From: a virus | Virus record (IMG/VR): IMGVR_UViG_3300033148_008025 | Coordinates: 57,455-121,454 of that record | Length of the DNA stretch: 64,000 nt | Reading direction: 5' to 3' (one strand) | Shown: one piece after another, positions 18,601-25,660 of the stretch | How positions within the stretch are numbered: position 1 is the first letter of the stretch | Layout: every line of letters begins with the position of its first letter | The notes under the pieces: model-generated | Database searches by the model: none | What the model was told of the DNA's origin: nothing | What the model saw: the letters and a program-made list of their open reading frames with translations, nothing else | Program-made: the position numbers and the translations under genes

Positions 18601-19544
18601 ACTTCAACGGAAGCTCTCCGGGGGCTCTTACCGATTCGGTCAATGAGCGAATTAAGGCTGCAGGCGACACCATGTCTGGGAATCTGGTAATGGGTGCCAG
18701 TATTGTTACAGACGGAACAAAGCGCACACTCGGAGGTTCGTCTGGAAACGACACGGACAAGTTTGACATCCATGCAGATGACATTCACATACGAAAAGAT
18801 TTACACCTTAGGAGCAATGGTGGGGGACATGATATCTACGGACTGAACGGCTTGCCGTGGCAGGTGTTCAACCCTCATGGCGTGATTGAATCGAGGGGTC
18901 CAATACATCATGACGAATTCATGCGACCGCTGGATGCTGGTGGGGGGGGGAGTTTTTGGGTAAGTGCAACTGCTGGTGCTACGAGTCCTGGCTCTGTTCT
19001 TAGGCTACAGTGTGATACCGCGGACAATGATCTGCAGGAGGTTAGAAGCTACAACTCAGTCGACGGAACAGTTCTGCCTGGCTTTAGTACGAGCCTGAAA
19101 ATGAAGACTGCAACGACTGATAGGCTAGACCTCGTTGGCTGGCATGAGAACGTAAATGTTTTTTCTGTTCAGAGGGATACGGACATAAGCAATAACTGGT
19201 TTATAAATTTCAGAGACGGTGGCGGAACGGACCAATCAATAGATACTGGAATATCATTCGTAAGCCTGAACAATTGGATCTACTTGTCATTGCTCATGAT
19301 AGGCAGTTCTATGGTGATTTTCAGAATTGGCGATACTCAAAAGTGGGCTGGGGGGGTTGGCTTCCTCTACGAAAGCGCATCTCTTCCTGGAACGGGGACT
19401 ATTGAGCAGTCATCCAATGAATGGGATTTTCGACACAGATGCATAAACAGAGCTCCAATGGTTACTGGATCCGAAGCCCTGTATGGATTCCTTACAGTCC
19501 ACTGCAGGGACCGTCCCGATGGGGCAACCGGAAACCAGGGGTAG
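15648..19544 (+). CDS. Long tail fibre/tailspike (receptor-binding) protein with beta-helix segment
   Basis: 1298 aa; pectin-lyase-type entry GDYQGYGSLESALAAL...VPANVSLSG, fibre motif AGDTMSGNL, beta-sandwich-like C-terminus. Confidence 0.7.
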   Translation: MATQVTTASSKTVSFKSPYTGSTFQKLVEELLGQDGYLSGGLTSDNGATITVEAFKFVSRGIIGESLASSALDVPTSSENWYIVASLPDDDPDSGIVVWVTTSRAAAANGVVIATKTGDVWRNPDGVDIKAALERPTEPGPESGFTGTYRNTGDVYDSADGTTVVDLIMANRGLAVHPLGGRRVTDPIAGESARHLESSPVPASIIGNRSDRIVLRQREAFSSEVAYLVGGMSNEINQTITALGTGDGHSHWHGESSGALADQWMVWGDGSDLHNYGPFGNLTLLTGGATIGEVKILGQRDSDGALIVVYIDGSDLRMVSFHPTTGAIVNASIALEALGSVVLRFDATLDQEEKVRVVFEYDDGTSPSQQIYYGKFNTATASFGVAERTPRYLELANSGFNDTKPEIQICRNGISHIVFIRGVGTDEFGSMRYVRLDQNDNVLDGRTYSAATEVGTPDSQVEVGIGPEAYDDFELLSLTVTPHDEVFAAVGVRPVGQTSPQGLLLFSPDLEDRTGYPFVTIPQSSGAVERDSIGITHGDGGELYVSSMLTTDKILTTHISPKPGISGVADFIVGESSGGEDSVANTSIGMLTVGFGPTGELIYVYDKGANGITRDRRSAIANVVPSLHPNDVLLQTVSIEQSAVGAVTEGSVEVLQSRQKGTKLPVVIGQEGDYQGYGSLESALAALSESGGGQAILRGGVHKTNAATLEVPANVSLSGQPGAVVDGSISVKGLGVGAVTMFGSVMESATDFSAYANPGGWVFLSGTGGTGWHRIRKVLRNPATGSRALLDDGIGGVTPVGTIAEIVASNISLENIAILGNLTVDRCRQCVFRNISLISDTAVISSNLTYQSLFDNVDLTQAAASGSALVASNGEYNTYQGIRLSDTRGLIEIADSEQHPTLIACKGDESNSALAIYDLTGTRTTPAKVIGCEGRFAATNLDWIVSNIGSVVRSGEGLGAMRLEDDGTRAAGGDGAISLTGVSGNFNGSSPGALTDSVNERIKAAGDTMSGNLVMGASIVTDGTKRTLGGSSGNDTDKFDIHADDIHIRKDLHLRSNGGGHDIYGLNGLPWQVFNPHGVIESRGPIHHDEFMRPLDAGGGGSFWVSATAGATSPGSVLRLQCDTADNDLQEVRSYNSVDGTVLPGFSTSLKMKTATTDRLDLVGWHENVNVFSVQRDTDISNNWFINFRDGGGTDQSIDTGISFVSLNNWIYLSLLMIGSSMVIFRIGDTQKWAGGVGFLYESASLPGTGTIEQSSNEWDFRHRCINRAPMVTGSEALYGFLTVHCRDRPDGATGNQG

Positions 19545-19547
19545 TCG

Positions 19548-19862
19548 ATGAGCGAAGATAGAGAAGAATTCAAACTCGGTGAGGACATGAAGGCAGGGCT
19601 TGACGAAGCCGATCGCTGGGTCAAAACCGCGTCCTCCGAACTCGGTCTAGCCTACCTTGAGTATGAAGATGCTAAACTCAGATTTGAAGTGGCAAGTGGG
19701 AGGTTGAATAACCTCGGCGTTGCAACGCGCAAAGCAGAAATTCAGCGCAGCCATGTTCTGGCTAAAATGTCAGCAATGCTAAATCTTGGCCCTGGGGAAT
19801 GGGTATACGATGGCATTGATAAGCTTGTGAGAAAGGATGCTCCTGATGCAAAGTCGTCATAG
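19548..19862 (+). CDS. Small coiled-coil protein, possible fibre chaperone
   Basis: 104 aa directly after the fibre gene. Confidence 0.5.
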   Translation: MSEDREEFKLGEDMKAGLDEADRWVKTASSELGLAYLEYEDAKLRFEVASGRLNNLGVATRKAEIQRSHVLAKMSAMLNLGPGEWVYDGIDKLVRKDAPDAKSS

Positions 19863-20466
19863 TCGCGGTTCAACCGCTCGTATTTTCATGGAAATCATCA
19901 GCTCTGGGGCTGGCGTTGTCGGACTATCTCCAACTGTCGCAATCCAGCGACGAGCCGACGGCTATTGGCTACAGGGGGCAGACGGGGCATGGGTTCCAAC
20001 CAAGGTTGAAAACGCTATGACTGCAACGGATGTTGCAAACCTTCCAGGGCTCTATCATTTTGATTTTGATCAATCGCTGGACATCCTTGCCGGTTCCTCT
20101 GAGTACACCGTAAAGAAAACAAACATTGCGACCACGCCAGCCCAGGCCTACGAGGACCTCGCATTTGGCCCGATGTCAGGCGTTTCGGAGATCGGACTAT
20201 GCTCCGTACAGGGAACCGTCGCAGGCGCTCAGGGGGGACCTGTGTCAAACGTTCTGATACGAGCCACCCTTGTTCCAATCAAGGTTGATTCTCTTGCTAG
20301 GGCCGTGCAGGCGGACACGGTTGCAACGACTTACACTGATGCTCAGGGCGACTTTGATTTGCCGCTAGTCATCGGAGGTACCTTTCGGCTCGAAATCGAC
20401 GGAGTTGGGTATGATCGGCGAGTTTTGATTCCAGAACAATCGTCTGTACTGTTTTCGGATTTGTAG
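19846..20466 (+). CDS. Virion accessory protein with C-terminal carboxypeptidase-regulatory/transthyretin-like beta-sandwich
   Basis: CSVQGTV...TDAQGDFDLPL..GGTFRLEI; ATG 19846 has AAAGGA upstream. Confidence 0.55.
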   Translation: MQSRHSRGSTARIFMEIISSGAGVVGLSPTVAIQRRADGYWLQGADGAWVPTKVENAMTATDVANLPGLYHFDFDQSLDILAGSSEYTVKKTNIATTPAQAYEDLAFGPMSGVSEIGLCSVQGTVAGAQGGPVSNVLIRATLVPIKVDSLARAVQADTVATTYTDAQGDFDLPLVIGGTFRLEIDGVGYDRRVLIPEQSSVLFSDL

Positions 20467-20491
20467 TTCTGCATGATACCCTTTTACGGCA

Positions 20492-20722
20492 ATGCCAGAC
20501 CAGGGAGCCACAAGTTTTATCAGGGAGTTTGGTTTCCCAATATTTGTGGTTGTCTGGTTTATGTGGCGAATGGAAAAGCGATTAGACCGCTTTCTCGAGC
20601 TTTTGACATCGTTGATGAAAGCCACAGCTTTGTTGGCAAAATCAATCGACCATATGGACTCTGACAATGTACTGCCAGCGCCGGACAGCGACGATGGCAG
20701 CCAGGACGAGGATACCGAATGA
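20492..20722 (+). CDS. Holin-like small membrane protein (YvrJ/BhlA-like)
   Basis: 76 aa; FIREFGFPIFVVVWFMWRMEKRLD resembles the GFP-TM-R-x-E-K-K-L-D pattern. Confidence 0.55.
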   Translation: MPDQGATSFIREFGFPIFVVVWFMWRMEKRLDRFLELLTSLMKATALLAKSIDHMDSDNVLPAPDSDDGSQDEDTE

Positions 20723-20970
20723 GTGGATCGCTTCTTTCTTTTCTTGCCTGGTGCCTCATGATGTTGGCGATAATTGGAGTCATGCTATATCTTGGACGCA
20801 AATCCAGGCGACGTGACAGCAAGGTCGAAGATGTTGCATCGGAAGCACTTCCGCAAATAGGAATCATCGCAGACTCTTGTCATGAGAAGCGGTTTGGGAG
20901 TCGCCCATGTAAGGACGGCAAGGACGCATGGTATCCAGCTGCTAAAAAAAAACGATTCAAGCACGCATGA
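20719..20970 (+). CDS. Single-TM small membrane protein
   Basis: 83 aa; N-terminal hydrophobic helix then basic tail; ATGA overlap with the upstream gene. Confidence 0.55.
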   Translation: MSGSLLSFLAWCLMMLAIIGVMLYLGRKSRRRDSKVEDVASEALPQIGIIADSCHEKRFGSRPCKDGKDAWYPAAKKKRFKHA

Positions 20971-20979
20971 AGAAAACGA

Positions 20980-21273
20980 ATGGACACGCTGTACTACATA
21001 CTCTCGGTGATCAGTGCAGCTCTGTGGATTCCGATTCTCACCAAGTTTTATAAGAGCTGGTATGCCAGGCAGAATCCAGTAAGCCTTGCAATCTGCTCAT
21101 TGATCCTCCTTATTCTCTGGATGGCGGCTGCCGGTGTCTGGATCTTCTCCAGCGACGTTAGCCAAGAGCTGATCACGGTATGTTCATCTGGGCTATCAGC
21201 CATGGTTGCGATTGTCTTCCATGTTGCATTTTACTGGTCCGATCATAGATTCACTGACTCCAGGTCTGGATAG
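20980..21273 (+). CDS. Three-TM small membrane protein (holin candidate)
   Basis: 97 aa with three hydrophobic stretches. Confidence 0.55.
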   Translation: MDTLYYILSVISAALWIPILTKFYKSWYARQNPVSLAICSLILLILWMAAAGVWIFSSDVSQELITVCSSGLSAMVAIVFHVAFYWSDHRFTDSRSG

Positions 21274-21282
21274 GATAGTAGA

Positions 21283-21582
21283 ATGGCAGCTCCAGCAACA
21301 TGCGATATAAGCGGGACCGTCTACCGTGGAGACGGTGTCGCCGTGGAAGGCGCTACAGTCAAGGCATCGATTCATTCAACGGCTGATGACATGGGGGGAC
21401 AGTTTGTTGACATGAATGGAATCTCTTCCAGCCCTGTCGAAGCCTTCACCGATGACACTGGTTCATTCACTATTACCCTGGCCCAGGGAGGAGTGTTTCT
21501 GCTAGAGATACCTGAGATCAGCCTCCGAAAAGAAGTCGTGGTTCCAGCTTTACCATCAGCGCTTCTCGCCGACATAGTCTAA
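21283..21582 (+). CDS. Stand-alone carboxypeptidase-regulatory-like beta-sandwich protein (paralogue of the 19846 C-terminus)
   Basis: CDISGTV...FTDDTGSFTITL..GGVFLLEI aligns by eye with the 19846 C-terminal domain. Confidence 0.65.
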   Translation: MAAPATCDISGTVYRGDGVAVEGATVKASIHSTADDMGGQFVDMNGISSSPVEAFTDDTGSFTITLAQGGVFLLEIPEISLRKEVVVPALPSALLADIV

Positions 21583-21617
21583 AAAAAAAGCAGGGTCCAC
21601 AATGGATCCTGCCTTTT
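21581..21617. terminator. Bidirectional intrinsic terminator
   Basis: A9 - GCAGGGTCCA-caa-TGGATCCTGC - CTTTTCT between convergent genes. Confidence 0.8.
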
Positions 21618-21621
21618 CTCC

Positions 21622-21957
21622 TTACTTGCGAATCAGGCTTACCGCCCACTTTGCAATAGTGAGAAGGCCGTTGGCTGCCATGCCCGCGGTCTCCTCACTC
21701 CCACCACCCTTAAATGCTGCGTCGACAAGCCCCGCGGGGGCTGCTTCCGCTGCATCGGACACTGCGCCCTTTGAGCCACTAAAGATGCTGCCAGCAGCAC
21801 CTTTGATCGCCCCCCCAGCCTTTCCAAGGGGCCCTTTCGCTGTTGCAATTGCAGCCGTTGTTGCAACGGTTGTTGCCGCCGTTGAGATGATTGGATGCTT
21901 TCCGCAAGCAGCGACCTCTTTCTCAGAGATGGTGTCAAATATGTTTCTTTTTTCCAT
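21622..21957 (-). CDS. Hypothetical Ala/Gly-rich protein (minus-strand island 1)
   Basis: 111 aa; AAGGGA RBS-like sequence upstream; ends at the bidirectional terminator. Confidence 0.65.
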   Translation of the reverse strand: MEKRNIFDTISEKEVAACGKHPIISTAATTVATTAAIATAKGPLGKAGGAIKGAAGSIFSGSKGAVSDAAEAAPAGLVDAAFKGGGSEETAGMAANGLLTIAKWAVSLIRK

Positions 21958-22016
21958 TGGGTTCCCTTTTCTTATGTTGGACTTGGAAGGAATAGTACTG
22001 TTTCCTCCTTACATAT

Positions 22017-22024
22017 CTTTTGCC
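22017..22024 (-). promoter_or_regulatory. GGCAAAAG variant of the GGYAWAAG motif
   Basis: About 60 nt upstream of the minus-strand start at 21957. Confidence 0.35.
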
Positions 22025-22049
22025 GGTAAAGTCTCAGTGCTATGCCTAA

Positions 22050-22079
22050 TTGACCGTTTTTGCGGGAGCATGATACCTT
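22050..22079 (+). promoter_or_regulatory. Sigma70-like promoter TTGACC-N18-TACCTT with TGn extension
   Basis: Intergenic, upstream of the AGGAG RBS and ATG 22105. Confidence 0.55.
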
Positions 22080-22104
22080 CACGTAAGGTTTTAGGAGTTC
22101 ATCA

Positions 22105-23256
22105 ATGACAATTGCCGCAGCCGTTCTCGATTTTTATGACGATAGCTCGAAAGAGTTGATGACTAAGATTTCATCACCGCAAGGATTTGGTGATACACAG
22201 GTCAACGTCCTCACCCCTGAAGAAATGAGTCGTCTCCCCGACTCTGACTTCGGACTTGTGATCTTCACGAAGAGGGCTTCCGTACTTAAAAAGTACCCCG
22301 TGAACGATCCTGGAAATGCCTGGCTATCAGCTCAGTATTTCGATCAGACTCATACCAAGCTAGCATTCCCTGCAAGATTTGTTGCAGCAAAGTTCATCAA
22401 GCAAGCCTGCGATGCATACGGAGTTCCAGCATCTCCACGAGTGGAAGCCTACGCAGCTCGTGTGGAACCAGGAGAAGCACAGGAAAACGTTTTTTCCGAA
22501 GGATCAGAAAGTCGATGGATGCTTCGAAAGCTTGCCAACCAGGAGTTCCTGGAAAAACAAGCATCCGCGACCGAGGTCAATGCACTTGTCCACATGCCCG
22601 ATGAACACTTTGCACTGGTAGTACAGACCGGCGACGGGAGCGTTATTCGAAAATACGCAATGCCCGATGGCGGTCACGTCCTTAGAGCAGCTGAATACTT
22701 CGACAAGTACGCAATGGACCTAGCCCCTTCCCATCGACATCGCTTTGCGACATCGGTTCAGAATCGCGCAGAGGAATTAGACGTAGACATATCAGGGAAC
22801 ACGATGCTTTGTAAGTGGGCTGGGGAAACATGGAGTCGCCACGTTCACGCACACCTTGAGCAGCGAAAGTCCCTACTTCCTCATCCTGAGCATGAAGGGG
22901 CTCGCGGAATATTGGACAAGCTCGCAGCATCCATAGCAGAGACTACGCCATCAGATATGGCCTCGGCACTTGAAACCTTTGACGAAGCTACTGGCCTGTC
23001 AAAGTATCATGACCGAGGGCTTGCAGATCCGTACTCGAGCACAATGAACAAAGTTGCTTCATCGTGGTCAGCGGAAGTCGATGGGCAAACGATCACAGAA
23101 GCAGACCTGAGGAAAGTTGCATCGACGAAGAAGCTAGCTGGATACCTTGGGGATACTTTCACAAAGCAGTTCGCGAAAAATCCTGTCGAAATATTCGAAT
23201 CACTACCAAGTCCCGAGAAATCCATGATCAAGCAGGTCATTAACGGCGAGGCGTAG
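22105..23256 (+). CDS. Head-associated protein with two tandem copies of an LPDSDF...KYP..D domain
   Basis: 383 aa; internal repeat visible by eye; several K-x-A motifs (KQAS, KLAA, KVAS x2). Confidence 0.65.
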   Translation: MTIAAAVLDFYDDSSKELMTKISSPQGFGDTQVNVLTPEEMSRLPDSDFGLVIFTKRASVLKKYPVNDPGNAWLSAQYFDQTHTKLAFPARFVAAKFIKQACDAYGVPASPRVEAYAARVEPGEAQENVFSEGSESRWMLRKLANQEFLEKQASATEVNALVHMPDEHFALVVQTGDGSVIRKYAMPDGGHVLRAAEYFDKYAMDLAPSHRHRFATSVQNRAEELDVDISGNTMLCKWAGETWSRHVHAHLEQRKSLLPHPEHEGARGILDKLAASIAETTPSDMASALETFDEATGLSKYHDRGLADPYSSTMNKVASSWSAEVDGQTITEADLRKVASTKKLAGYLGDTFTKQFAKNPVEIFESLPSPEKSMIKQVINGEA

Positions 23257-23257
23257 T

Positions 23258-24292
23258 GTGGGAAGACATAGCATCAACAGCGCAGAGGCGGGCTTCTTTA
23301 GCTCCCTCCTCTCCGAGGGAGCGTCTATCACCAAGGAAGCCGTATCACTTGATAGTGAGACAGCGGAAGCATTGGGCGTTGCAACCGTATCCCCGAGCGT
23401 TCTCGACGAAATAGAGAACGAAGCGGAGAAAATTACACAGGAAAGCAACGCAGACGATGTTGAGCCAAAGCCTGAACCAGAAACATACAACCCATCGCCA
23501 GTAGAATTCCTACAGGAAAAAAAACCGGATCCGGAAAAGGCGAAGTCGGTCGAGCTCGACAAATACGATGGTGACGATACTCCCGCAGAGTCGTCAGATC
23601 CATCGCCTCCACTTCCGTCGAGGGAATCACACGGAAAGCTGTTTACTGACAAGCGAGCTCATCCACTACAACTCTTTGACACCCTGAATATGAGGTACAG
23701 GGAGGACTGGGCTGAGTGGGAACCAGAGACCTTGCAGTGGGCAATCCGACGAGACTTTAGCCCGCTTGGCGAGCTAAGCCTCAACAAGATTCAGGCCCTG
23801 GGCGTTGCCGGAAGAACGAATGTTCCGTGGCTTGACTGGGATATTTTCGAAAACGCCGGACTTGCCTGGAACGACACCATTCCGATCTTTGGAGCATTCC
23901 AGGCTATGACTCCAATGCAAATTGCATTTGCAGTTCACATCCTAAACTCGATCAGGAATGAAGAATTCTCTCACGAAGTTAATTCGTATATTGCTGCAAT
24001 TCTGGATGATCATGGTTTCGTTTACGCCCCGAGCGAATGGTTTGCAGGTGCCCAGAACATCCTGAGTCGCGGAAGCAAGGTCATGGGGCTTCATGGACAG
24101 GTGGAAGATGCCTGGGGCAAAATCAAAAATGTCCCCCCCGAAACAGTTGAATGGGATTACAGCAATTCGCTGGATGTTCACCTGATGAAGATGGCTGTCA
24201 TCAAGAAATACCTCGAGGGCCGGAAGCTTCTCCGGAGTAAAGTTCCCGGAGTAGTGATGGCCTCTACAACCACCGACACCCTTGTGCCATGA
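23258..24292 (+). CDS. Hypothetical protein (acidic disordered N-terminus, globular C-terminus)
   Basis: 344 aa ORF, GTG start 1 nt after the upstream stop. Confidence 0.65.
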   Translation: MGRHSINSAEAGFFSSLLSEGASITKEAVSLDSETAEALGVATVSPSVLDEIENEAEKITQESNADDVEPKPEPETYNPSPVEFLQEKKPDPEKAKSVELDKYDGDDTPAESSDPSPPLPSRESHGKLFTDKRAHPLQLFDTLNMRYREDWAEWEPETLQWAIRRDFSPLGELSLNKIQALGVAGRTNVPWLDWDIFENAGLAWNDTIPIFGAFQAMTPMQIAFAVHILNSIRNEEFSHEVNSYIAAILDDHGFVYAPSEWFAGAQNILSRGSKVMGLHGQVEDAWGKIKNVPPETVEWDYSNSLDVHLMKMAVIKKYLEGRKLLRSKVPGVVMASTTTDTLVP

Positions 24293-24492
24293 TGAACAGC
24301 AAGGAAAGTGAAGAGTTTGAAAGTTCCGCCAGGGCTATTGCTGAAGAAATTTCCGCATTTAGGCGAGAATGGATCGATAGCGCAGCGGGCGACATACTCG
24401 ACGAGATGGAAGACTTAGAAAAAGAAGGCTTCGACCCTGCACGAGGCAGGGGGCGAGGCCCCAGCTGGATGAACGGAGAACAACATGAGTAA
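24289..24492 (+). CDS. Small acidic hypothetical protein
   Basis: 67 aa; overlaps both neighbours by 4-8 nt. Confidence 0.5.
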   Translation: MMNSKESEEFESSARAIAEEISAFRREWIDSAAGDILDEMEDLEKEGFDPARGRGRGPSWMNGEQHE

Positions 24493-25639
24493 ACATTTTG
24501 CATATTTGATGGATGACGACAGTTCAAACTTCTTCCAGAAGCTAGCCTGCGAAGAGGCTGACAGAGACCTTCTTCCAGCAACAGCGCCATTGCCGCTGGT
24601 GGAAAAAATTGCTGCAGCCAAGGGCATTGACAAGGTTGCAGCCCGCGTTGATCGCGACATTCAGATTGTTAAAACCGCGGGAGTATCGGGACATAACTTT
24701 GGTTCCATTCGTCGTGGGCTAAATTACATCGACGGCCTGGTTCAGCGTGAACAGTTCAGCGTTGAGTCGGCTGGGACAGTTTTTGACAAGGTTGCATCCG
24801 CTGCTATCGAGCATGACCTATCCATTATCGAGCATGACCTTCGAGGTATGGTTGGCCACGAATACAATGAGTGGGTCGACAACACCGTCGCCGACATAGG
24901 ACTAGACCTGGTTAAGGCCGCCGCACTCGACAAGGAAGCTCTTATCGGAGTTGTGCGGGCATTCAAGGCGACGAAAGGACTTAGCGGAGCCTCGCGGGCA
25001 AGGGCAGTTGCAAAGGCTCCAGGACAGTCATTCAAGCAGTGGCGAACGGAAGCAGCAGTAGCCAAGCGCGGCAAGGCTGCCAAAAAGCTAAACAGGGCAA
25101 CGAGGAAGGCTCAAACATCGGTTCTTTCTAGCGCAAAAGAAATGAGGACAGCAAGGAAGATCAAAGACCCGGCTATTCAGCGAAGTGTCATGCCAGGTAT
25201 CAAGACGCAAGCTGCAAAAGATGCCGCTAAACATCAAAAGCGAATACAAAAAGCATCCGACGCTCATTCAAAGCGACAAGCCAAAGTTCAACAGCGTGAA
25301 GCCATTGAGTCTGGCCGTAAGCCTGCCGCTAAGCCGAAAGACACAAAGCAGCTCTCAGACAAGATAGAGACGGCCCAAGGCAAGATGGAGACCGGGCGTA
25401 GCCAGGCAAAGGACAAAGCTGCCGATGCCGCAAAAGGAGGAAAGCCCTCGAAAGCGGAACCTCCGAAAACAGAGCCTGGGAAGACGAAGGCAAACGCGGG
25501 CGGCGAAAAAGAGACAGGAATGCTCGATTCACTGGGCAAGCTGAGGGATAAGGGGTGGAAGAACCTCAGCCCTGCTGAAAAAAACAAGGTTCTTCAGGCA
25601 GGAGCAGGAGCCTATGTTGCCAAAGAAACGCTAACCTAG
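24485..25639 (+). CDS. Putative internal head protein, Lys/Ala-rich C-half
   Basis: 384 aa; six K-x-A motifs in the N-half (KLAC, KIAA, KVAA, KTAG, KVAS, KAAA); very basic C-half. Confidence 0.6.
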   Translation: MSKHFAYLMDDDSSNFFQKLACEEADRDLLPATAPLPLVEKIAAAKGIDKVAARVDRDIQIVKTAGVSGHNFGSIRRGLNYIDGLVQREQFSVESAGTVFDKVASAAIEHDLSIIEHDLRGMVGHEYNEWVDNTVADIGLDLVKAAALDKEALIGVVRAFKATKGLSGASRARAVAKAPGQSFKQWRTEAAVAKRGKAAKKLNRATRKAQTSVLSSAKEMRTARKIKDPAIQRSVMPGIKTQAAKDAAKHQKRIQKASDAHSKRQAKVQQREAIESGRKPAAKPKDTKQLSDKIETAQGKMETGRSQAKDKAADAAKGGKPSKAEPPKTEPGKTKANAGGEKETGMLDSLGKLRDKGWKNLSPAEKNKVLQAGAGAYVAKETLT

Positions 25640-25660
25640 TGGTAGTCTCCTCGTAGTCCA

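Noticed and set aside
1-21582. Extracellular contractile injection system (eCIS/tailocin) or T6SS locus
   Set aside because: The same strand and window also encode portal, terminase, prohead protease and major capsid protein, so this is a complete phage morphogenesis region.
21602-22108. 168-aa + strand ORF
   Set aside because: Starts inside the terminator hairpin, is antisense to 21622-21957 (which has an RBS-like site, upstream motif and terminator) and would cover the 22050 promoter.
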